A stretch of 64,000 bases of DNA. Origin: Oligoflexales bacterium. GTDB taxonomy: Bacteria > Bdellovibrionota_B > Oligoflexia > Oligoflexales > JAGOVF01. The position numbers and the translations under genes were made by a program. The stretch spans positions 2,481-66,480 of the forward strand of contig JAGOVF010000001.1 in assembly GCA_018060885.1 (NCBI GenBank). Reading direction: 5' to 3'. Below, in pieces: positions 19,321-27,129 of the stretch (positions are counted from its first letter, which is position 1; the number at the start of each line of letters is the position of its first letter). Below the pieces are notes generated by a model. The model was not told the origin of the DNA, made no database searches, and was given only the letters and a program-made list of their open reading frames with translations.

Positions 19321-20313
19321 CTATTTTTGCTGCACAAGTTGCAAAAACAGCTTCTCTAAGCCCGCAGCTTTGCGCTCTAAGCCTAACAAGTCTGCCCCTG
19401 AAGAAATAATCGTTTTTGCAACCATAGCTCGAACATCATCCTCTGCGGTAATTTCGAGAAGCTTCTCTCCGCGTTCTCCGCGTTCTCCGCGTTCCGAGCC
19501 AAAATCTTCTAAGACGATAACTCCCTGCACACCGGCGAGGCCTTTGAGTTTTGCTTCTAGATCCGCCCCAGCTTTTGCGACACGGCAAAGCAGTGAACCG
19601 CCGCGCGCAAGCTCTTGTTCAATTTGCTTTTCAGCACCTTGCACCACAAGCTTTCCGCGATCGATCATCATGATACGATCACAGGTTTTAGTAATCTCCG
19701 ACAAAATGTGACTAGATAAAATAACTGTATGTGCGCCGCGTAGGGAATTTATTAAGTCGCGGACTTCAACTATTTGAATCGGATCTAGACCAGAGATGGG
19801 CTCATCGAGAATTAACACCTTCGGGTCATTAACCAAGGCTTGCGCAATTCCAACTCTTTGGCGATACCCATGCGACAAGACCGCGATTTTTTCGTGACGC
19901 ACTTCCAACATATGTGTACGTTCTAAAACATAGTCCACTCTTGCCTCGACCTGACGGCTGGCAACTTTTTTCAGTCTCGCAACAAAACGCAAATACGCCT
20001 CAACGGACATTTCTTCATAAACTGGCGGCGTATCTGGAAGATAACCAATCAATTCACGAATTTTATCTGGGCGCTCTTCGACATTAAATCCGGCAATTTC
20101 AGCACGGCCAGCTGAAGGCAACAAAAAAGTCCCTAGAATTTTTAAGATAGTGCTTTTACCTGCACCATTCAGCCCTAAAAGCCCGACGATTTCCCCTGAT
20201 TTGATTTCAAAGGATACACCATCTAAGGCTCGCGTTTGATAATAGCTTTTTACCAAGTTCTCTGCGACAATCACGGCGATGCGACCTATTGTTATTTCAT
20301 AATTGACAATCAC
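19321..20313 (-). CDS. ABC transporter ATP-binding protein (GldA-like)
   Basis: Walker A GLNGAGKST, signature LSHGYRQR, Walker B LILDEPISGLD. An alternative GTG start at 20274 gives a more typical N-terminus. The gene contains an ERGERGERGE repeat. Confidence 0.9.
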   Translation of the reverse strand: MIVNYEITIGRIAVIVAENLVKSYYQTRALDGVSFEIKSGEIVGLLGLNGAGKSTILKILGTFLLPSAGRAEIAGFNVEERPDKIRELIGYLPDTPPVYEEMSVEAYLRFVARLKKVASRQVEARVDYVLERTHMLEVRHEKIAVLSHGYRQRVGIAQALVNDPKVLILDEPISGLDPIQIVEVRDLINSLRGAHTVILSSHILSEITKTCDRIMMIDRGKLVVQGAEKQIEQELARGGSLLCRVAKAGADLEAKLKGLAGVQGVIVLEDFGSERGERGERGEKLLEITAEDDVRAMVAKTIISSGADLLGLERKAAGLEKLFLQLVQQK

Positions 20314-20338
20314 TTATTTAAGTTCAAGTCACTATAAA

Positions 20339-21298
20339 ATGTCAACCTCCTTCATGAAAAAAAAATATTTATATTTTCTGACAAATTTTTTTTTAGTATC
20401 TAGTTATTCATTTAGCAGCAGCTCTGACTTAAAAAATAGCTCAAATGTTCTGCCTAAAGTCGTTTCACTTAGCATAGCAAGTGACGAATTATTATTTGAG
20501 CTTTACTCAAGAAGCAAGCAGCTCAGTCGCATTCTCGCTTTTTCAAAACTCGTCGACGACCCACGTTACAGTAATATAGCGCAACAAAGCGCAATTTTTT
20601 CCAATAAAGAACGTTACGGCGGAAGTCTAGAGCATCTTTTAAAACTTGCTCCGGAACTCGTCGTACTGGCTGACTTCAATCAGCCCGAGCTCGTCCACAA
20701 TCTCAAGAAGTCTAAAACTCCAATCTTCGAACTTAAAAGCAGCAACACACTCGTGGGTTTATTAGAACTTATCAAAAGTCTTGGAAATCGTCTCGGAGCT
20801 TCCGAGCATAGTACTGCACTTACTCTAGAACTCGAAACGAAGCTCACCAAAATCAAAAAAAATGCAAATGGCATGAAAAATAAACCTCAGGTGCTTTTCC
20901 TTTTAGCAGATGGCACAAGTGCAGGAGAAGACACACTCATTCATGATTTGATCGTTCAAGCTGGTGGAATTAACTTTGCGAGTTCTTTTCAATTAAAAGG
21001 CTGGCCGCACATCAGTACAGAGCAGCTCCTTAAGAGCCAAGCGGATTTAATTCTTACTATTGGCAAAGATCAAAACATCGAAACTAGGTTTTTTCAAAAA
21101 CACCCAATTTATAAAAATCTAATAGCAGTACAAAAAAATCAAATTATATTAATCAATGAGGCTAAATTGTTCGCAATGTCTCACTTTACTTTTGCTGCCT
21201 GCGAAGAGCTGCAGAAAAATCTCCTCATTTGGTCTAATAATATGGAAACTACAAAAGCAACTCGCCATCGCAATCAGTCTACAAGGGCGAAAAAATGA
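20339..21298 (+). CDS. Periplasmic binding protein of a BtuF/FhuD-type (Peripla_BP_2) ABC importer
   Basis: Signal-like N-terminus (MKKKYLYFLTNFFLVSS). It lies in an operon with a FecCD permease and an ATPase. The start is uncertain (20303, 20339 or 20354). Confidence 0.75.
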   Translation: MSTSFMKKKYLYFLTNFFLVSSYSFSSSSDLKNSSNVLPKVVSLSIASDELLFELYSRSKQLSRILAFSKLVDDPRYSNIAQQSAIFSNKERYGGSLEHLLKLAPELVVLADFNQPELVHNLKKSKTPIFELKSSNTLVGLLELIKSLGNRLGASEHSTALTLELETKLTKIKKNANGMKNKPQVLFLLADGTSAGEDTLIHDLIVQAGGINFASSFQLKGWPHISTEQLLKSQADLILTIGKDQNIETRFFQKHPIYKNLIAVQKNQIILINEAKLFAMSHFTFAACEELQKNLLIWSNNMETTKATRHRNQSTRAKK

Positions 21299-22347
21299 GG
21301 CCAGAAAGTGTTTTGCCAACATCAATTCTTAAAAGCCCCCAAATATATATCGTAATTTTTGCAATTTTGGTCTTTTTTTTGAGCCTATTCTACGGCGTCG
21401 TTGATCTTGATATTTTTTCTATCATCATGACAGATGCTAAAATGACATCTTATCTCTTTTCAAATACAAACGATTCATTTATTCTTTTTCAAGTGCGTGT
21501 ACCGCGTATTTTTTCAGCTTTACTCGCCGGAGCTTGCCTTGCAGCGGGCGGCGTATTAAGCCAAGGACTTTTTCGCAACGAACTCGCGAGTCCATCTATT
21601 CTGGGCACGAGTGCTGGTGCAGCTTTTTTTGCAAGCTTGGCTTTTTATTTTGCTTGGGCACAAAGTCACTTCTTAGCTGTAGCTGGATCGGCTTTTTTAG
21701 GCGCACTTCTAGCTACATTTATTCTGTTAACACTTTTAACAGGAGTTCATTACACACGTTACAGCTTTTACTTACTGCTCGGAGGATTTGCGCTTTCTAG
21801 CTTTCTTGGCGCATTAAGCAGCTTTATTGTTAGCTTTCTTATGCGCGAACAAATTCAAGCTTTGGCAGTTATGCGTTGGCTTTTGGGCAGCTTCAACTCT
21901 AGTACTTTAGAACAAGTGCAGTTTGCCTTACCTTTGGCGATCTTGGCTTTTATTTTTTCTCTGAAAATTAGTAGAGCATTGAACATTTTGGCTTTAGGGG
22001 AAGACAGCGCCGGCAACCTTAGTATCGACATTAAAAAACTACAGGTTTTATCTTTGCTGCTTATCGCTTTTTTAACGGCTATTGCTGCGGGTCTAGGTGG
22101 AATCATTCCTTTTGTCGGATTAGTCGCACCGCACCTCACGCGCCTTATTCTTGGACCTGAACATCGACAGCTTTTGATCTATAGCAGCATCAATGGAGCG
22201 AGTCTTCTAGTGCTAGCAGATTGGTTCGGCCGAGTAGTGAATCCACCTTATGAACTTCAGGTAGGAATTATTACCTCGCTGTTGGGCGCGCCATTTTTTC
22301 TGCTACTCATTCGTCGCCAACTTCGACAGTCGAGAGAGGCTACATGA
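21295..22347 (+). CDS. FecCD/BtuC-family permease
   Basis: About 9-10 TM helices, conserved GVLSQGLFRNELASPSILGTSAGA, and a 4-nt overlap with both neighbours. Confidence 0.9.
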   Translation: MRPESVLPTSILKSPQIYIVIFAILVFFLSLFYGVVDLDIFSIIMTDAKMTSYLFSNTNDSFILFQVRVPRIFSALLAGACLAAGGVLSQGLFRNELASPSILGTSAGAAFFASLAFYFAWAQSHFLAVAGSAFLGALLATFILLTLLTGVHYTRYSFYLLLGGFALSSFLGALSSFIVSFLMREQIQALAVMRWLLGSFNSSTLEQVQFALPLAILAFIFSLKISRALNILALGEDSAGNLSIDIKKLQVLSLLLIAFLTAIAAGLGGIIPFVGLVAPHLTRLILGPEHRQLLIYSSINGASLLVLADWFGRVVNPPYELQVGIITSLLGAPFFLLLIRRQLRQSREAT

Positions 22348-23126
22348 TCAAAGTGATGAATAAATTCGATCTTTGTTTTGGAACGAGCAAAATCCTTTCG
22401 CAAATCGAACTAGAATTGGCCGAGGGATCATTGACAGCCCTTATAGGCAAAAATGGCTCCGGAAAAACTAGTCTTTTAAAATGCTTAACGGGGTTTTATC
22501 CTTATCTTAATGCATCAATTCTTGTTGGCCCTGAACTAAAACCTCTTTCAGAATTCGACCCAACTCAGCGCGCCAAAACCATTGCGTGGTTGGCAACCAA
22601 TCAGCAGCTCGCTTTTGACTTTACCGTCGAGGAAATTGTCGCTATGGGACGCTACCCATGGTCAAAAGGCTATTTATCTCATCATGATAAGCAGTTGATT
22701 GAAAACTCTCTACAACAATTGGATCTGCAGAAATTACGCCGAAAAAGAATTTTTAGTCTCAGTTCTGGAGAGCAGCAGCGAGTTTATATTGCAAGAATTT
22801 TTGCTCAGGACACGCCGATTATTTTTTTAGACGAGCCCTTTGCAAATTTAGACCTTTGCTACAGCTTGGAGTTTTTTGACTTATTAAACGCGCTTAAAGA
22901 CAAAGGGAAAACAATAGTTCTTAGTATCCACGACTTGCATTTTGTTCAGCAAAATTTCAAAAAAGCTCTTGTGATGCAACAAGGCAAGGTCCTCATCCAC
23001 GATGATATTGAGCAATGCTTTCGCAATGAAGTGTTAAACAAAGCATTTGAACTATATGCCTCGCCTAGCTCGCCAGTCCAAGCACTGTCTTTACAACGAG
23101 TTCATCCACGTGATGTATCCACGTGA
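22344..23126 (+). CDS. ABC importer ATP-binding protein (BtuD/FecE/HmuV-like)
   Basis: Walker A GKNGSGKTS, signature LSSGEQQR, Walker B IFLDEPFANLD. Confidence 0.9.
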   Translation: MIKVMNKFDLCFGTSKILSQIELELAEGSLTALIGKNGSGKTSLLKCLTGFYPYLNASILVGPELKPLSEFDPTQRAKTIAWLATNQQLAFDFTVEEIVAMGRYPWSKGYLSHHDKQLIENSLQQLDLQKLRRKRIFSLSSGEQQRVYIARIFAQDTPIIFLDEPFANLDLCYSLEFFDLLNALKDKGKTIVLSIHDLHFVQQNFKKALVMQQGKVLIHDDIEQCFRNEVLNKAFELYASPSSPVQALSLQRVHPRDVST

Positions 23127-23151
23127 TGCACACTTTTTTGAGCGACTTTCA

Positions 23152-23308
23152 TTTAGAAAGCATTTCGAGGCTTGGATGAACGAGCTGCCAGAGGACCGCT
23201 CAATTTTTATGCCATCCATGGCAAAATTATCGCTACCGGTTCGGGCATCCCGCCCTCACCAGTTCCTCTGGCAGCTCGTTCATCCAAGCCTCGCCATGCT
23301 TTCTAAAG
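23152..23308 (-). repeat. Family A structured repeat, copy A2 (core 23188-23271, inverted relative to A1/A3; 36-bp stem)
   Basis: The reverse complement of 23188-23271 is identical to the A3 core. Arm 23152-23187 pairs with 23272-23307, apart from a 2x2 mismatch at 23164-23165. The element starts 26 nt after the stop of the plus-strand gene 22344..23126. Confidence 0.85.
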
Positions 23309-23324
23309 TAACTCTCAGAAAAAC
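23284..23324 (+). repeat. Motif D, copy 2 (its first 24 nt form part of the right arm of A2)
   Basis: See 5077-5117. Homology to locus 1 extends leftwards through the whole A2 right arm (compare 5066-5101). Confidence 0.7.
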
Positions 23325-23493
23325 AGGCAGCACGCTGTTCCAAGCACATAATTAGCACAAAATCCTGCAACCTTGCAGATCATTTGGCATAGAAGTCTGC
23401 AGTTCGGCAAGATCTGCAGGTGTGAGTATGTTGAAAAACAAATGCCTTATTTGTGTATTGATCTGCGTATGCACCCTAAGCTGACAATCACTT

Positions 23494-23645
23494 GAGTCTA
23501 TAGCAAAGGCCTTGTATTGGCCGCCAGCCAGAGGAACTGGTGAGGGCGGGATGCCCGAACCGGTAGCGATAATTTTGCCATGGATGGCATAAAAATTGAG
23601 CGGTCCTCTGGCTGGCGGCCAATACAAGGCCTCTGCTATAGACTC
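23494..23645 (+). repeat. Family A structured repeat, copy A3 (core 23528-23611; 34-bp stem)
   Basis: The core is identical to rc(A2) and 82/84 identical to A1. Arm 23494-23527 pairs with 23612-23645, with one mismatch at 23506. The element lies 52 nt downstream of the stop of the minus-strand cyclase gene. Confidence 0.85.
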
Positions 23646-23696
23646 TATGAAATTCGTTTAAATGTGTGCATCACCAAGTTAAAAATACGCAAAAAA

Positions 23697-26168
23697 CTAC
23701 TTGTGTTTAAACGTATAAACACCATCCCAATTATCACCAGGAGGATGCTCACGGTAGTATTGAATTCGGTTTAAATAAAGCAAACTTGGGCCATCATCTG
23801 GACGGATTTTAATGCATTGCATAAAAAGTTTTTCAGCATCGTCCCATGCCTGTTTCTGATATGCCAAACGTCCTGCTGCGAAGCTTTGAACCATTTCTGA
23901 AATTAAATGTTGCTGACGAATGACATCAGGTCTAGTCACTTCAAATACTCGTACCGGTTCATTCTTTCCTTTGACGCGAATATCATCTAAGTCCCTAGTA
24001 ATGAATTTGCCAGGAGTTAGCTTTGCATGAGTGAACTCGCTAATCATGATTTTAATTCCATACTCTTTAGTCAAACCCTCTAAGCGCGCACCCAGGTTTA
24101 CCGCATCACCCATAACAGTATAAGTAAAGCGTTCTCCTGAACCCATGTTGCCGACCGCCATAGCCCCAGTATTAAGCCCCATTCCAATATCAATTTCTGG
24201 ATAACCACGCTGGCGAAAGTCATGTTTGAGAGCATCCATGGCATAAAGCATTTGCACAGCAGCATCGACACCCAGATCAGGATGCAAGGGTGCTTCAATG
24301 GGGGCACCCCAAAATGCCATGATGGCATCTCCGATATATTTATCAAGTACGCCACCGCTGCGCAGGATTATACTCGTCATCGGTGTAAAATAGTCATTCA
24401 TCAATTCACAAAGCTTTTCTGGCGAAAGGCTCTCAGAAATCGTCGTAAATCCCCTGACGTCAGAAAAAAACACAGTAAGTTCTTTCTTTTCTCCGCCTAG
24501 TTTTAAAGCTCCTGGATTATCGAGCAATTGAGAGATGACCTCTGGACTCAAATAGTGGGCAAATGCGCCTTTGACTTTTTTACGTTCCTGTTCTTCGGTA
24601 AAGTACTTGTAGAGAGTTATCACAATAAAAAGACCAGAAATCTCAATAAATGGAACTCCCATATAAGTCCAAACACCTTTGGCGTTGAACATATAAAAGC
24701 GATCAAAAAGATAATAACCCAATAAAAAGAGCACGACCAAAACACCGGCATAGGCCGCACGGCTAAATAAAATAATCGGCGTGAAAATAAGTCCAACTAT
24801 CAAAATGATATAAAGTTCTTGAGCATAAACACTTGCTGGACGCTTCAGAAATTCACCGCTCAAAATATTGTCCAAGGCCGCGGCATGGTTTTCGACACCA
24901 TCCAGAGCTGGGTCAAAAGGATTGGGCCTTTGATCGTTGCCTCCGATGATGGTCGCACCGAGCATCAAAACTGCACCTTTGAGATTCTTTTTTTCTTCCG
25001 CAGTGAAGCTATTGTGATAAGCATCTGCGAGACTGTAATGATGAAAGCTGCGCCCAGGTCCACGATGATTGAGCAGCAGCCTGCCTAAGCCATCTGGATC
25101 AACTGGTATATCTATAGTGTTGGTATCATCTTTGCGATCTACTAAACTGATAGATTCCACACCGTTTTGATCAAAGAATGCGACGATATCACGCTCTGCA
25201 GCTTCCGCCGCGACTTTTAAGGCCATCGAAGGCATCAGATTTCCATCGATTACCGAGACGAGACTTACCCACCTGGCTATAGCGTCATTGTCAGAATTAT
25301 TACTAAAAAACCCGAAATGCGGTGATGCAGCGGAAATGACCGGAATGTTTGTTACGGCTGCGGGAATTTGCAGTTCTTTATAATCAGTCAACTCTTTACC
25401 TTCTGGCAAAATGACTGCCTGGATCGCCGATCCTTCTGCCATCGTGTCGACACCTTCGTAGCGCCGCTCAGTTCTGCCAGCTGCCTTGACCTCATGTTCC
25501 ATTCCGAAATAAAAGTAGCCAAGTACAATATTGCCAAAATTCTGAATGCCCCTAGCAAAACTAAGATCTCCTGGGCTTTGCTCGAGCATTTTATCGAGTT
25601 CGGCGAAAGGGTTCTGCCACTCATTGGCTAAAGACTTCTGTGTTTTATTCTGGCGAATTTGTTTGAGCAACGGCAACACATCTGAAACACTAGCTTTTTC
25701 GGCCTCACTGAATATTGCGTCAAAAGCAATCCAAGATACGCCGAGTTTTTTAAGGTTATTAAAAGCTTGTTCGTAATAACGGCGAGAAAAAGGAAAACGG
25801 CCAAATTCGTTGATTGCTTTTTCATCTATGGCTAAAATACCAATGTTTTTCGTGGGTTTTTTTGGCCCGCGCACCGTAAATCGATGGTCGAGGAGCTTGG
25901 TTTCCATACTAAATATAAAATCATTCTTTCGCCCAAAGTTTTGATAGTGTATGAAGGTCAGATAGTAAAGACTCCCAACTATTACAGCGGCTACAATTAG
26001 AATTGGGGTTTTCTTTTTAAGTTCTGATAGCCATGCTTTTTTTTTCTGGTTTTTTGCAGTCACGAATTTATTGTCCTTCAAATGTTGAAATATATTAAAC
26101 CGATCTTTGCCCTTCGAGGAATATATGAGAATAAATAGAACAAATCGAAACGAACAAAAAAATTTCAA
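23697..26168 (-). CDS. CHASE2-sensor class III adenylate/guanylate cyclase
   Basis: N-terminal TM, a periplasmic CHASE2-like region, a TM cluster, then the cyclase core LTVFFSDVRGFTTISE...KYIGDAIMAFWGAP and a conserved C-terminal tail. The exact start is uncertain (possible internal TTG/GTG). Confidence 0.85.
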   Translation of the reverse strand: MKFFCSFRFVLFILIYSSKGKDRFNIFQHLKDNKFVTAKNQKKKAWLSELKKKTPILIVAAVIVGSLYYLTFIHYQNFGRKNDFIFSMETKLLDHRFTVRGPKKPTKNIGILAIDEKAINEFGRFPFSRRYYEQAFNNLKKLGVSWIAFDAIFSEAEKASVSDVLPLLKQIRQNKTQKSLANEWQNPFAELDKMLEQSPGDLSFARGIQNFGNIVLGYFYFGMEHEVKAAGRTERRYEGVDTMAEGSAIQAVILPEGKELTDYKELQIPAAVTNIPVISAASPHFGFFSNNSDNDAIARWVSLVSVIDGNLMPSMALKVAAEAAERDIVAFFDQNGVESISLVDRKDDTNTIDIPVDPDGLGRLLLNHRGPGRSFHHYSLADAYHNSFTAEEKKNLKGAVLMLGATIIGGNDQRPNPFDPALDGVENHAAALDNILSGEFLKRPASVYAQELYIILIVGLIFTPIILFSRAAYAGVLVVLFLLGYYLFDRFYMFNAKGVWTYMGVPFIEISGLFIVITLYKYFTEEQERKKVKGAFAHYLSPEVISQLLDNPGALKLGGEKKELTVFFSDVRGFTTISESLSPEKLCELMNDYFTPMTSIILRSGGVLDKYIGDAIMAFWGAPIEAPLHPDLGVDAAVQMLYAMDALKHDFRQRGYPEIDIGMGLNTGAMAVGNMGSGERFTYTVMGDAVNLGARLEGLTKEYGIKIMISEFTHAKLTPGKFITRDLDDIRVKGKNEPVRVFEVTRPDVIRQQHLISEMVQSFAAGRLAYQKQAWDDAEKLFMQCIKIRPDDGPSLLYLNRIQYYREHPPGDNWDGVYTFKHK

Positions 26169-26199
26169 TTCAGGCGAAGTTTCAAATTCTCATTTTAAC

Positions 26200-26904
26200 A
26201 TGAACGAAGCAGCAGCGAAAACTATTGGCGCAAACCTCGACCAATCAGAAGGCAAAAAATTAAAGGCAAGAATTAGCCCGAATGCAGCCCTAGAAATTAA
26301 TCAATTTGTGACAAAATTTCAGATTAAAAAAAGTGATATATGGCAGCTTATACGTCACGGTGAGCTCGCAGCAAGGATCGCTGAAGGGCAAGTTTATGTT
26401 TTCGGCGACCTACCGCAAGATTACCCTGTGATATTTTCAAATGAATCTCTCGAAATTGAATCGAATTTGTCAGCAGCAAACCAATCACCTATTTACCAAA
26501 ATCTCGATCCACAAATCAAAATTTCAGAAAAAATAAGATCTTTCTTTCCGACAAACGATCATGATCCTGAAATAACAGGCCCAGAAAGCCTAAGCGCGGA
26601 AATCGAGCCTAAAAATCTCGCTTCTAGCTCAGATAGAGGCAGTGAAATCTCGCTTCTACTTGATCATCTAAGTTTAGCGAAAGAAGAAAATCTTGAAATT
26701 TTGCGCTTAACTCAATCCGCCATAGAAAGAGTGACTCGCATGAGCGAGCAAGTTCTTTCACTTAAAGAAGACGCTTTGGCTTTGGAAAAAGAACGTAACA
26801 AATTACTTCAAATGAAGTTGGATGAACAATTTGCTTTGACTCAAAAACTCAAACAAGAAAAAGAAGATCTAGAAATGTTGGCAGATTCGCTGACAAGAGA
26901 ATAA
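26200..26904 (+). CDS. Hypothetical protein: excisionase-type HTH-like segment plus C-terminal coiled coil
   Basis: KKSDIWQLIRHGELAARIAEGQVYVF resembles HTH_17/excisionase-family helices. The C-terminal ~70 aa are heptad-rich. The track start 26107 overlaps the cyclase start, so I prefer ATG 26200. Confidence 0.5.
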   Translation: MNEAAAKTIGANLDQSEGKKLKARISPNAALEINQFVTKFQIKKSDIWQLIRHGELAARIAEGQVYVFGDLPQDYPVIFSNESLEIESNLSAANQSPIYQNLDPQIKISEKIRSFFPTNDHDPEITGPESLSAEIEPKNLASSSDRGSEISLLLDHLSLAKEENLEILRLTQSAIERVTRMSEQVLSLKEDALALEKERNKLLQMKLDEQFALTQKLKQEKEDLEMLADSLTRE

Positions 26905-26920
26905 TTGTCCTACTGAGCAA

Positions 26921-27026
26921 TGCGTCGTCATTCTGAACCCTGAGCCTAGCGAAGGGGAAGAATCTATTTTTTTCAGCCGAAAATATTGTTTCATTAGATC
27001 TTTCGCTTCGCTCAAGATGACGCGCA
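26921..27026. repeat. Family C hairpin repeat (GTCATTCTGA..GAGC..AGCGAAG..AAGAATC / inverted partner)
   Basis: The left arm 26921-26964 and right arm 26997-27026 are imperfect inverted repeats. The reverse complement of the right arm is tgcgcgtcatcttgagcgaagcgaaagatc. The element begins 17 nt after the stop at 26902-26904. Confidence 0.7.
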
Positions 27027-27129
27027 ACCATCTAATTTTATTTATATTTATTTAATATTTTCAGCATAACATCAATTATATAGCCCCACCCTTTCAAGAT
27101 CCCGAACCACCCCACCGATAACAAAGCTG

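Noticed and set aside
19265-19711. 148-aa ORF on the plus strand overlapping the ABC ATPase gene
   Set aside because: It is a shadow ORF antisense to the Walker/signature-bearing frame. It is S/P/R-rich and repeats SPRSPRS, which mirrors the ERG repeat.
23047-23627. Track ORFs 23047..23355 (+, 102 aa) and 23352..23627 (-, 91 aa) in the btuD-cyclase gap
   Set aside because: Both simply read through the family A repeats and their inverted arms. They have no RBS. The homologous region at locus 1 has frame-breaking indels. I treat them as non-coding.
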